Assembly (NCBI GenBank): GCA_032718475.1
Contig: JAUCBJ010004795.1
Location: 1-63,879, forward strand
DNA length: 63,879 nt
Direction: 5' to 3'
Source: Nemertoderma westbladi
Taxonomy: Eukaryota > Animalia > Xenacoelomorpha
Shown here: in pieces, positions 54,401 through 63,879 of the stretch
How positions within the stretch are numbered: the stretch's first letter is position 1
Layout: the number at the start of each line of letters is the position of its first letter
Made by a program: the position numbers and the translations under genes
Notes under the pieces: generated by a model
What the model saw: only the letters and a program-made list of their open reading frames with translations
Told to the model about the DNA's origin: nothing
Database searches by the model: none

Positions 54401-57400
54401 ATTGTAGTGCGACTGAGGTACTCACGTATTGTGTTGCGGCTGAGGTACTCACGTATTGTAGTGCGACTGAGGTACTCACGTATTGTGTTGCGGCTGAGGT
54501 ACTCACGTATTGTAGTGCGACTGAGGTACTCACGTATTGTAGTACTGCTGAGGTACTCACGTATTGAGTTGCGGCTGAGGTACTCACGTATTGTGTTGCG
54601 GCTGAGGTACTCACGTATTGTAGTGCGACTGAGGTACTCACGTATTGTGTTGCGGCTGAGGTACTCACGTATTGTAGTGCGGCTGAGGTACTCACGTATT
54701 GTGTTGCGGCTGAGGTACTCACGTATTGTAGTGCGACTGAGGTACTCACGTATTGTGTTGCGGCTGAGGTACTCACGTATTGTAGTGCGACTGAGGTACT
54801 CACGTATTGTAGTGCGACTGAGGTACTCACGTATTGTAGTGCGACTGAGGTACTCACGTATTGTAGTGCGACTGAGGTACTCACGTATTGTAGTGCGACT
54901 GAGGTACTCACGTATTGTGTTGCGGCTGAGGTACTCACGTATTGTAGTGCGACTGAGGTACTCACGTATTGTAGTGCGACTGAGGTACTCACGTATTGTA
55001 GTGCGACTGAGGTACTCACGTATTGTGTTGCGGCTGAGGTACTCACGTATTGTAGTGCGGCTGAGGTACTCACGTATTGTAGTGCGGCTGAGGTACTCAC
55101 GTATTGTAGTGCGGCTGAGGTACTCACGTATTGTAGTGCGGCTGAGGTACTCACGTATTGTAGTGCGGCTGAGGTACTCACGTATTGATCTTGACATCGA
55201 AGTAAGTCGGACTGCGCAAGTTTTTCTTTATTTTCAATTTCCTCCTTTTCATGGAGATTGGCAGCCACTTGGCCATCTAGTAGCCCTGAAATAAAAGAAA
55301 ATATAAGTATTATATTCCGGTAGATAAATCTAACTTTATACAACAAATCAAACAGCTTAGCTCTCTCTATACCAATTAATATAAATAAATATCTACGACC
55401 TACTTCTGTACGTCTAACCCAGATTCACACCCCACGGTACTACCCGTGGCACCCCACCGTACGGTACTACAGGTATTAATTAAGGCACACCTGCTCGCTT
55501 TTTAGATTTCTCCAATTCATCTTTCAACGATTCAACCTCCTTAGTAATTTGCTCTACTCGGTAAAGCAGATCAGTATTTCTTTCCTCAAGAACACGTTTG
55601 TTAGAGACATTATCTTCTACCTGTAACAGAAGCGCTGTCAGACAGTTAGGCCCGTGGAAAATATAATTTGGGCCTACGTACAAATTTTAAATAAATTATG
55701 ACCAGTGCCGGATAGCTGGATTAAGGATTTTTGCAGCGGCCTGTAGCTTTCTCAAGGTTGCTGAATAAATGATGCCAAAAACTCTTCACTGTGCTTGAGG
55801 TCAACATACCACCCACCAGGCACGCAGGAGGGTGACACCGCGCCGCGACCACGTGACCCAGACCCACGACATAACGTGAGACGTCGGTCTCTTGACTGCT
55901 TGATGTTTGACGCGTAGGGGTAGGGTTAACTCTTAAAATTCCGGACACCATGGTCAAATTACGGACAAATTTAAATTTCATTGGTACAAACTATAGAATT
56001 AATATCTGAATTTGTACAATAGCCTATAGACTTTGATCACTGATGACTTAGAGGTACGGTCAGAATCACTAGAGGGAGCCCAAAGGCCCCTTTGCCAATT
56101 GGAGCAGGTTGTTTCTAGTGTCTGGTCTTTTTGTAAATTCCAAGAAGACCAAAATAATCACAGTCAACCTAGACAGTACTGCAGTACCAGTACTGCAGTA
56201 CTCTTATGGGAGTCCATGCTGAGCTCTACTGCTCTAACTGCTGAGGATACCAAATATGGTACTTTCACAAGAATGCTGCGCCGGGTTCATTGTTTCAAGT
56301 CCAATGAACACATCTCGAATCCTCTAATCAGACTCTATACAAAATTGGATGTGTTCCATTAATCTACCCTAGCTTGACTCTTGGGCGGAGCCGCCTCCGC
56401 TTTGCAGGACTGCATAGACCGATTCCAGATTCAAGCATCACCAAATTTTCAAAAGTTGCTAGCTGTTGATTGCCTATTGCATAAATTGTTTGCTTATTAT
56501 TATTACCAATAAAGGCTCGCCAAGCCTACTTGTCTATCTTTTGTGATACCGGTATGTCTAAACAGTACTTTATATAAGCCAGCAGAACCTGGAACGCTTT
56601 AGGCATAACTACAGAACTATATATATAATATATATTCCAGTAGGTGTATCATATATATTATAGGCAGTACTTATTACGATGGCTCTGGGTTATAATCGCA
56701 AGACACAGGTTAAATTCTATAAATCGTTAAATAGACAATTTGGGAGAGGAGCCCCATCGATAATTGATCCAAACATTGAGAAATATGTTGTATCGACTCT
56801 GATATATATTGGTAATTGTGGTTGGCCACTAACTGACAAAACCGAGACCAACTAATCCACATCATAAGAAATGCGTCTGGTGATATTTCCAATCGATGTA
56901 ATGTCTGCCAACAACCATAGCACTACTGTAGTAACTCTAGAACAACTTTGTTTAATTTATAATAGTTTCAATTATCAGCGCAATATCCTATGCAGTGTAA
57001 TCTGTTACTATTTTCTAAAAGATATTTTAGTTATTTTAGAATAATACTGTATACAAATTAATTGTTGTATTCTATATATATAGTCCAATAGTCAAGTCCG
57101 TCTCGCAGTGTATATTTGATAGTCTGATAGTAGTATCAGAGCCATATCATATACATTTAGTGGGCCTATAATTTTGTTATTATTGTATACCAATTATTAT
57201 CATAAAGCAATGCAGTTAGTTCATTTAAACAAAAATATTTTAAATAACACGGGTGGTGGGTGAGACGGGAGGGGCAACTGCTAACTGTTCGCAAATTCCA
57301 TCTTGGTGAATGAATATTTCGCTGCAATGTTAAATTCTCAATTTAGGGAAATGCGAAATAACGGTAAACACGAATGAGCAGATTATAGTGACACGTATTT

Positions 57401-58195
57401 CTAACCAAAACAATAAATGGAACACGATAGAACAGTTATAGTTATAGTTTTATTTATGGGAGTAATCGAACTGTTATTTGAGTCGAATTTCATGGAGAGG
57501 GATGCATTATTATTGCGTTGAAAGTCCCCCCAACCCCTATCCCGCCCATGTGAAGAATACCAGGATTTCAGAACTGAGTACAGGAGTAAAAGATGGCTGT
57601 ACTGCTGTATGTAATACACCCGGATACCTAAACTAATGGAAATAAAGTTTGATTTAATTATTAAAATAGGCCTAATATCAACTCTCACATCAAATAAAAG
57701 GCATTGTCCGGAATTATATACATGTCCGGTATTTTACCAGGTAGTCAAATTCCGGACAGTCAATTTATAAAATGAAAACCACCCAGTTACAACTAAACAG
57801 TTGAACTGAGTGGTATCAATTTGGTTTTATAGTGAACTACAATAGCATCTTGTACAGATGCAAACATAATATCAAGAATTAAAGCAATTTAAAGTGTCCC
57901 AAATTTAAAAAAAAATAAAATTTTGTCCGGAATTTGAATAGTCAACCCAAGGCCTATTAATTTCAAATGCTGGACCGGTCCACAAGTTGCAAGTATATAA
58001 ATCTTTTCAGAATTTATAGAACTTTTAGAGTTTTAAACTCACCTGCCTGTTAAGTAAAGTAACTTGTTTCTGATAATCAACCTTGGTAAGCCAGTATTGC
58101 ACTCCAGCGAATATTATGATAATAATTAAACCAGCTACAACGATACTGGGACAGCGACCGCGGTGTAACACTTTAAAAGTTGTGTCCGATGTCAT
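41880..58195 (-). CDS. GOLM2: GOLM1/GOLM2(CASC4)-like type II Golgi membrane protein; exons 58195-58043, 55620-55491, 55285-55182, 46890-46754, 42441-41880 (361 codons if the TAG at 46828-46830 is ignored)
   Basis: Short cytosolic tail ending RGRCPS, TM segment IVVAGLIIIIIFAGVQYW, coiled coil containing LEERNTDLL (cf. remembered CASC4 LEKRNSDLL), acidic low-complexity tail ending FQDTL. GT-AG introns with phases 0,1,0,2 all join in frame. Confidence 0.78.
43538..46048 (+). mobile_element. Decayed RTE-clade LINE (APE endonuclease + RT), antisense in GOLM intron 4, with (TAG)4 tail
   Basis: EN motifs IATMNARTL, IICIQEHR, GGVGILL, CYSPTN, GDLNAQIG. RT motifs NYRGICLL, QNGFR, FVDFKKAFDS, GVLQGDTLAP, with FADD at 45288-45299 in a shifted frame. 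RLRFSGHCWR..GRP C-terminus; stop at 45805; tagtagtagtag at 46036. The 5' boundary is approximate. Confidence 0.92.
46688..46750. repeat. 31-bp two-copy tandem duplication overlapping the GOLM exon 4 donor
   Basis: tgtcaaccacccacgcctccctaacaataac twice, ending inside acttac (46748-46753). Confidence 0.9.
46754..46890 (-). CDS. GOLM2: GOLM-like exon 4 (DKLRSSNEEQLRANRLEREN*KTKIVENQGNLEDLRHEISLLNTQ), with in-frame TAG
   Basis: Acceptor tttccag at 46891, donor GTAAGT at 46753; phase 0/2 fits both neighbours; coiled-coil-like sequence. Confidence 0.7.
47141..47946. mobile_element. Degenerate/composite non-autonomous element bounded by GTGGGGCGAGC..GCTCGCTCCA
   Basis: Left part resembles 797..950; right part resembles 41107..41273. 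Confidence 0.65.
48481..55187 (-). repeat. 27-bp tandem array (248 donor positions) made of the GOLM exon 3 3' end plus its 5' splice donor
   Basis: Minus-strand unit CAATAC|GTGAGTACCTCAGCCGCACTA. First donor 55181, last 48503; the distance 6678 equals 247x27+9. Confidence 0.97.
55182..55285 (-). CDS. GOLM2: GOLM-like exon 3 (GLLDGQVAANLHEKEEIENKEKLAQSDLLRCQDQY)
   Basis: Acceptor ttttatttcag at 55286, first GTGAGT at 55181; 104 nt, phase 1/0. Confidence 0.82.
55491..55620 (-). CDS. GOLM2: GOLM-like exon 2 (VEDNVSNKRVLEERNTDLLYRVEQITKEVESLKDELEKSKKRA)
   Basis: Acceptor ttctgttacag at 55621, donor AG|GTGTGC at 55490; 130 nt, phase 0/1. Confidence 0.82.
58043..58195 (-). CDS. GOLM2: GOLM-like exon 1 (cytosolic tail + TM, 51 aa)
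   Basis: ATG at 58195, CAG|GTGAGT donor at 58042. Absent from the ORF track because it is under 60 aa. Confidence 0.85.
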
Positions 58196-59000
58196 TGCGA
58201 AAAGGATTTAGTCGGCGTCGTAAGCTCCTCCTGTCGACGCTGTCGTACTGTCGTAGGCAGGTAGGCTGGTAGGCGTAGTGCTGTACCCAGTGCAGTGCTA
58301 GTCCTGTCCCTGTCTGTCAGACAGACAGACTGCCGTAATTAATCGAATTGTGAACTTGTCCTTCTCTTCTTCTATCTACAGATCTGTCTACCGGTAGGCC
58401 TATATGTTGATATTTTCCTTGTGATCTTGCCGTTCCCGTTCTTCTGTCTGTTAGTATGAAACTACAGAACTCGCTCTCGCCTCTCGATGCTCGACTGCTA
58501 TTACAATATTATAGCCTGATAGCTGACAGGCTGAGGACTGGAGGATGAGGGCTGACAGCCTGTCCAACTAACCCAGTCCTGCAGTCTGCCAGTACAGCAG
58601 TAACCTCTAAATGATACAGAAATAAACCAAATGAAATAACGGAACTCAAAATCCACACTCTGACACTAGTTAGCCAAGCCACGGGTTTACAATACTGGTA
58701 CACAACATTATATTGAACTGCAGTCAGGCATGCTGACACTGACAGACTGAGTACTTGTACTTGTCTACTGATAAGTCAGCATCTGATACAGTGGGTCTTG
58801 GGCCTACCTCTACAGCCGTACAGACTAGACTTCTAGAATATTAAAAATTTATTACAGGACTGTATGTATAATCGTAAATACCAGTTGGCATGTTGGGGCC
58901 TATTATGTTATTCGGTTTTCTGCTACTGCTAGCAGTGATGATTTATATTAGGAATCATCATATCTAAGCCGCTACCTGCTGACCTGCTACCATTTGAGTT
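58196..59000. promoter_or_regulatory. Probable promoter/5' UTR region between the divergent GOLM-like and Beclin-1 genes
   Basis: Position upstream of both starts, with locally higher GC and TAGGC/AGGCCTA motifs. No TSS evidence. Confidence 0.3.
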
Positions 59001-61302
59001 TTCTGAACGGAATTTAATAATTTATGTTGCATTAAATGCGCAGATTTATTTCTTATGTTAGCTTTACTTTTTAATATAAAATAAATCTTATATTAAGTCC
59101 CCCCCCCCCCCACCCCCCCTCTCAAAGAGCTCTTTTGAGCCACTCAAAACAAAAACAATTTCCACTCCTGTTCACAATATTTGACAAGCGATATTTTTTG
59201 AGTTTTCTCAATGCAATGGAAATGGAAATGGAAAGTTTTTATTTAATTCTATAAGTAAAAACGCACCAACATGCACAACACAATAAAATAAGATTATTTT
59301 TTTAAACATTCACTGAGTGACTGATAGAGGCCGTATCTAAATAATCAAATATTAATATACATATAGTATACTATACAATACACCGATATAAAAACAAATT
59401 TATTACTATTGGTAAGTATGTTGGTGTATGCGATATACAATATAAAATAAGTATGTAAGATATTGTTTTTAAAATACATAAAATAAATTAAAATAAGTCT
59501 GTAGGATAGTGCTCTTAAAATAGAAACAAACAGCACATTAAAATACTTAAAATTTAATAAAATAAAATGATTTAAGATTTAATTATTTTAAGTTAAAGTT
59601 AGTAGTTTTATTCTTAAAATAAGCCGTGTTTAATAAAATAAGGATATTATGTAATGTAGGTTTATTGAATTAAAATAATGTATTTAAAATAATGGACATA
59701 TGTTACAGTAGAATATGCGATATACAATATAAAACAATTACTTTAGTGTATTGCAAAACAGTATTTCACGTATTTACAAAAATGAGTTTGTGTGAGTAAA
59801 CCAATAATTGTATTCAACAATGATGCTTAAGATGTAAATATTTACAGATAATTATGTGTGATAGCGATAGGCACCCAAAGATGGTAGATGGAGAAGTATA
59901 CAGGAGGGCTCGTAATGGGATTTATACAGAAGGCCTACAGTACAGCAGTAGTGGACAATGACACTGGAGAAACCACAGGACAGGGCTGCTCGCTGCGCCA
60001 GCTGTGGCTTTGGTGCTACACTGCTAAGTCTGAATAAACCACGGCGTGTGCCGTTGAATATTGCGTATTGAGAGCGGAGTTCCAAATTATTAGCCATACC
60101 CCCCCCCCCCCCCCCCCACCCCACCTATAAGATCAGAGTAAATCAATCTGGTTAGTTGCAAATTAAGGAATTGAATTGAAACACATACTGTATTATGTAT
60201 TTATTGGATTAAACCGCGCTTTTAATTATAAAATTGCCGTCCAGCAGTCGCAAGGCCTGGATCGCAGGCACTGACACACCGCATACACTATAGAGGGGCC
60301 AACTAATAATGGGGAGGGGGGGGGGGGGGTGGGGGGGTGTGGGGGGGGGGGGGGGGGCGACACCCCACCCCCACCCTCCTCCCCAATATATTGGGCAAAG
60401 TCGGTAAAAACACGGTCGGGTCGGGGAAGTAGGGACACTTTTTGAACATTGAAGAAATAAATTTATATATCCGAAATGATAAGCTTTAAATATACAAAAT
60501 AATGTAAATTTATTAAAATATTAACAACAAAAATTTCCACAAGTCTACAGTAATCCAATTCCCAATTCTACTACAGTATAGCTTTACAGTATAAGCCTGA
60601 TCCATAAATATCATGGTTGTGCAGTAGTGTAAGACAATTTTTGGACTTGTGTAAAATATTGTAGAAAAAAACGAGACCACACTCATAAAGGCGCCTACTG
60701 TAACTTAAGTTTACTGGTGCTAATTATTATGGAGGTGGTCATTTTTGTTTTAGTAGGCCTACTGTATAGGGACTGTGAATTGTAGTTCCCATAGTGAAGA
60801 ATGCTGATTCTAAGTCTAACAATGAAAAATTAAACTAAAATTAGGTTTTGAATGTAAAGCTAATCGCCCTTATCGTATACTGTATGAACAAAGTGTATTT
60901 TTTTGAAACTAATAAATATAAGCTAATGAAAAATGTAAGGTACACATTTGTAATTCTAAGGTATTTTGGCTCAAATCAGACGCCATACTGTAATATCTGA
61001 TTACTTTGGATTTTTGGAATAATGGTAACCTGACCTTTTTGAAGTTAGCAATATTCCATTCTCATTGACTCTGTGTTAAACGGGATTAACGTGATTGGTT
61101 GCTGCTTAGTAGCAGCCCCTAGCAGGTTTCTCCAACCACATCACTTGTTTTATACAAAATGGAATAATGTTAACTGGAAAAGCCACGATCTAAGCACCAG
61201 TTAGCGGTTCAGTTAATATTTTATAGTATTTTCTGATTTCACGTATAGCAGTATAGGCCTAGGCCTGTATTTACACGATATTGCATATTTCATTATGCTG
61301 TT

Positions 61303-62535
61303 ATGGCAGGTTCTCAAATGGAAAACATAGTACCATTACTATGTCAGAAATGTTCCCAACCGCTGAAGTTGCATCCCAGCTTTTTGGATTTAGACGGAGA
61401 GACGGTGGAGCGATTAACTCAACCGTTGGATATTAAAATGCGCGACACTCGGAAACCGGTGAGGATGGCGGACTCCGGTAAACAGGGCAACAACAGCTTC
61501 ATGATCGTTAGTTCGGAAAGCGGGGCCGACTGCGCACTCCGAAGCAACGTTATTTCCGAGTTATTCGACATCATGTCCGACAACACTGACTTCGACTTCC
61601 CTTTGTGCGAGGAATGTACCGACACGTTGCTGGAGCTAGCCGACGAAAGGATCCGTTCTCTACGGGAGGAATGCGCCAGTTACGGAGATCTAAGAGATTC
61701 CGTGCTAGAAATGGCGAAGAATTTCAACGAAGAGTCACTCGATAAAGAACTGGAAGAGCTTAAAGACGAAGAAGAGAAACTCATGAAAGAACTTAGCGAT
61801 TTGGAGACTAAGAAAGGTTCTTTAGACGAGGCGATCGAGGAAGAGAAAGTGAAGTTGGCGCAGTTGGAATTGGATGAGGAGCGCTACTTACAGCAGTACT
61901 GCCAGCAGAAGTTCGAATTGTTAGACTTAGAGGAGCAACACCGATCGGTAGAGAGTCAACTACAATACAGCCAATCGCAACTGCACTTCCTGAAACGAAC
62001 CAACGTGTTCAACGCGACATTCCATATCTGGCACTCGGGACGGTTCGGCACGATCAACGGGTTCCGTTTGGGGCGTCTCCCGGACGACCCGGTGGACTGG
62101 TGGGAGATTAACGCCGCCTGGGGGCAGACCGTGCTGCTTCTGTACGCGCTGGCCAACCGCGTGGGCTTGAGTCTGTCGCGGTATAGATTGGTCCCCTTCG
62201 GAAACCACTCCTACCTGGAGTCGCTCTCCGAGAAGTCTCGGGAACTCCCACTATACGGCTCCGGGGGGTATAAATTCTTCTGGGACACAAAGTTCGACCA
62301 CGCCATGGTCGCATTCCTCGACTGTCTCCAACAGTTTAAGGAGCACATAGAAGCGAGAGACACTGACTTCTGTCTGCCCTACAGCATGGAGAAGGGCAGC
62401 ATCAAGGACAACGCCAGCGGTCAGTCATACTCAATAAAGATTCAGTTTAACTCAGAGGAACAATGGACCAAAGGACTCAAGTTTATGTTGACTAACCTGC
62501 GCTGGTGTCTCGCCTGGGTGTCTAGCCAACTGTAA
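61303..62535 (+). CDS. BECN1: Beclin-1 / Atg6, coding sequence in a single exon (start may be ATG 61318)
   Basis: CQKCSQPLKL, LFDIMS..PLCEECTDTLL, coiled coil, and BARA-domain motifs TNVFNATFHIWHSG.FGTINGFRLGRLP, EINAAWGQTVLLL, FFWDTKFDHAMVAFLDC, IKIQFNSEEQWTK.LKFMLTNL.W.LAWVSSQ. Confidence 0.98.
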   Translation: MAGSQMENIVPLLCQKCSQPLKLHPSFLDLDGETVERLTQPLDIKMRDTRKPVRMADSGKQGNNSFMIVSSESGADCALRSNVISELFDIMSDNTDFDFPLCEECTDTLLELADERIRSLREECASYGDLRDSVLEMAKNFNEESLDKELEELKDEEEKLMKELSDLETKKGSLDEAIEEEKVKLAQLELDEERYLQQYCQQKFELLDLEEQHRSVESQLQYSQSQLHFLKRTNVFNATFHIWHSGRFGTINGFRLGRLPDDPVDWWEINAAWGQTVLLLYALANRVGLSLSRYRLVPFGNHSYLESLSEKSRELPLYGSGGYKFFWDTKFDHAMVAFLDCLQQFKEHIEARDTDFCLPYSMEKGSIKDNASGQSYSIKIQFNSEEQWTKGLKFMLTNLRWCLAWVSSQL

Positions 62536-62765
62536 GAGTCCCAGCATTGTAACCCAGTATTTTAATCACAGAGAGATTATAGAGACACCGTATAGAGATT
62601 CTCAATAGCATCAGGTTAAATTATCCCAATCAACAATTTAAAATGATTTGGAGTCAAAATTTAAATTTTCCACATTTAAAAACAACAAATAATAATTATT
62701 TTGGCTTTTGTTAATTATTTGTGCTGGACAGCAAAACTGAATCGCATACCAAAACCATGTGGGGA

Positions 62766-63395
62766 AATAGGGTTGGTGCGCCAAAAAATTGTTGGGCTAG
62801 AAACAATCGAGTAAGGGGTAACAAGGTGCCCTGAATCGAGTGGCGGGGTGTGTTTTTTGTAAAAACACGAGGAAACGGTCGAAATTGCGGGTTTAAGTAA
62901 GCCCGGGAAGCCAATTTTGAATATCGGCTGTGACTGGATGCTACATAATTGACGTCATTTACGCAGTGATCTGATAATTTCTTATCTTGGTTTATATGGA
63001 GTGATTTCTCATCGATTGAAATGCACATTAAATCTCATCAATTTACACGTGGTTTATATCAATTGAAAGCGGAGAGTCTTGCGCGTCTTTTGACACTACA
63101 ATTAATTAAATTCATGGTGATGAACATTGATAATATGCTGCTCACAAGAGTAAACTCGGCAGATTGCCTGACCGGAAATTATCAGATCACTTTGTAGTGG
63201 CATCAAATCTGTAGCAGTCAATCACAGCCGATTTTCAAAATTGGCTTCCCGGGCTTACCTAAACCCACCATTTCGACTGTTTCCTCGTGTTTTTACAAAA
63301 AACACACCTCGACACTCGATCCAGGGCACCTTGTAAACCTTTATTTATATTCAATTGTTTCCAGACCAACAATTTTTTCGCGCACCAACCCTATT
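62766..63395. mobile_element. MITE with ~175-bp imperfect TIRs (TAGGGTTG..CAACCCTA termini, possibly hAT-derived)
   Basis: aatagggttggtgcg..gcccgggaagccaattttgaa..cggctgtga..gctac is mirrored at 63211..63395. The TSD is not clean. Confidence 0.85.
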
Positions 63396-63879
63396 CAGAA
63401 AAATGTATTTTCTTAAATGCAGGGTTACATACATTATTTATAATATTCCGATTGTTTTAATTTCATAATTTATATTTTATATGGACCATTTATAGTGTAC
63501 TGGTAGTTTTTATTATTATTATATGCCTGGCGATGCAGTATTATAGAGCAGTAACTTGCGCAATAATTGTATTTTAAATGAAATTGTTGAGAAAGAGGTC
63601 GTCTGAAGTCTGGAATAATAACTGTACAGATGAAATATTGGTTAGAAATTGTAGTTTGCATAATGTGAGCAAACGCTGTTCTATTTAGTAAGACTGTCAA
63701 AGATAGCCAACCCGATACAATTCATGCTTACCCTCTTGAAATCTACATTACTTAGGTCCGCGTAGCGAAACTTGTAGTATTCCATTGCAACAGTGCATCG
63801 AAATACTTGGTCTTCAGGAGCCCGGAGCTTGGTCGTTTGATTTTCAGATGATATCAATTTTGATAGATGTACCAATCAA

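Noticed and set aside
48416-55294. Plus-strand Arg-rich (RLRYSRIVV) and AEVLTYCS ORFs
   Set aside because: Antisense translations of the 27-mer with no unique start or exon context.
56030-56950. Possible very old retroelement remnant (weak RT-like peptides on the minus strand)
   Set aside because: Motifs too degraded to support a call.
63681-63875. Minus-strand ORF containing an AGG|GTAAGC donor-like site
   Set aside because: In-frame TGA immediately upstream, no acceptor, and no recognisable family.

Overview
Eukaryotic (animal-like, AT-rich, GT-AG intron) genomic DNA; roughly 38 of the 64 kb are five tandem-repeat arrays (17, 32, 55, 20 and 27 bp units), and all the giant ORFs in the track are translations of these arrays. 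Real genes: (1) the first five exons of an EDEM3-like GH47 alpha-mannosidase on the minus strand (ATG 14379, continuing past position 1); (2) a five-exon GOLM1/GOLM2(CASC4)-like type II Golgi membrane protein gene on the minus strand (58195..41880), with an in-frame TAG in exon 4; (3) a single-coding-exon Beclin-1/Atg6 on the plus strand (61303..62535). There is also a decayed RTE-type LINE, two older LINE fragments and several MITE-like elements. The main observation is that two large arrays are amplifications of the host gene's own exon/intron junction. The 32-mer is the last 24 nt of EDEM3 exon 3 plus its GTGAGTAA donor (about 290 copies). The 27-mer is the last 6 nt of GOLM exon 3 plus its donor and 15 further intron nt (248 donor positions), stop-free and mostly in phase, so alternative donor use could insert 0 to >200 VSTSAA(L/T)QY repeats. 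A two-copy duplication sits at the next GOLM donor, and the other three arrays also carry GT(G/T)AG(T/A) motifs on the same strand. The junction origin is read directly from the sequence; any function is inference.
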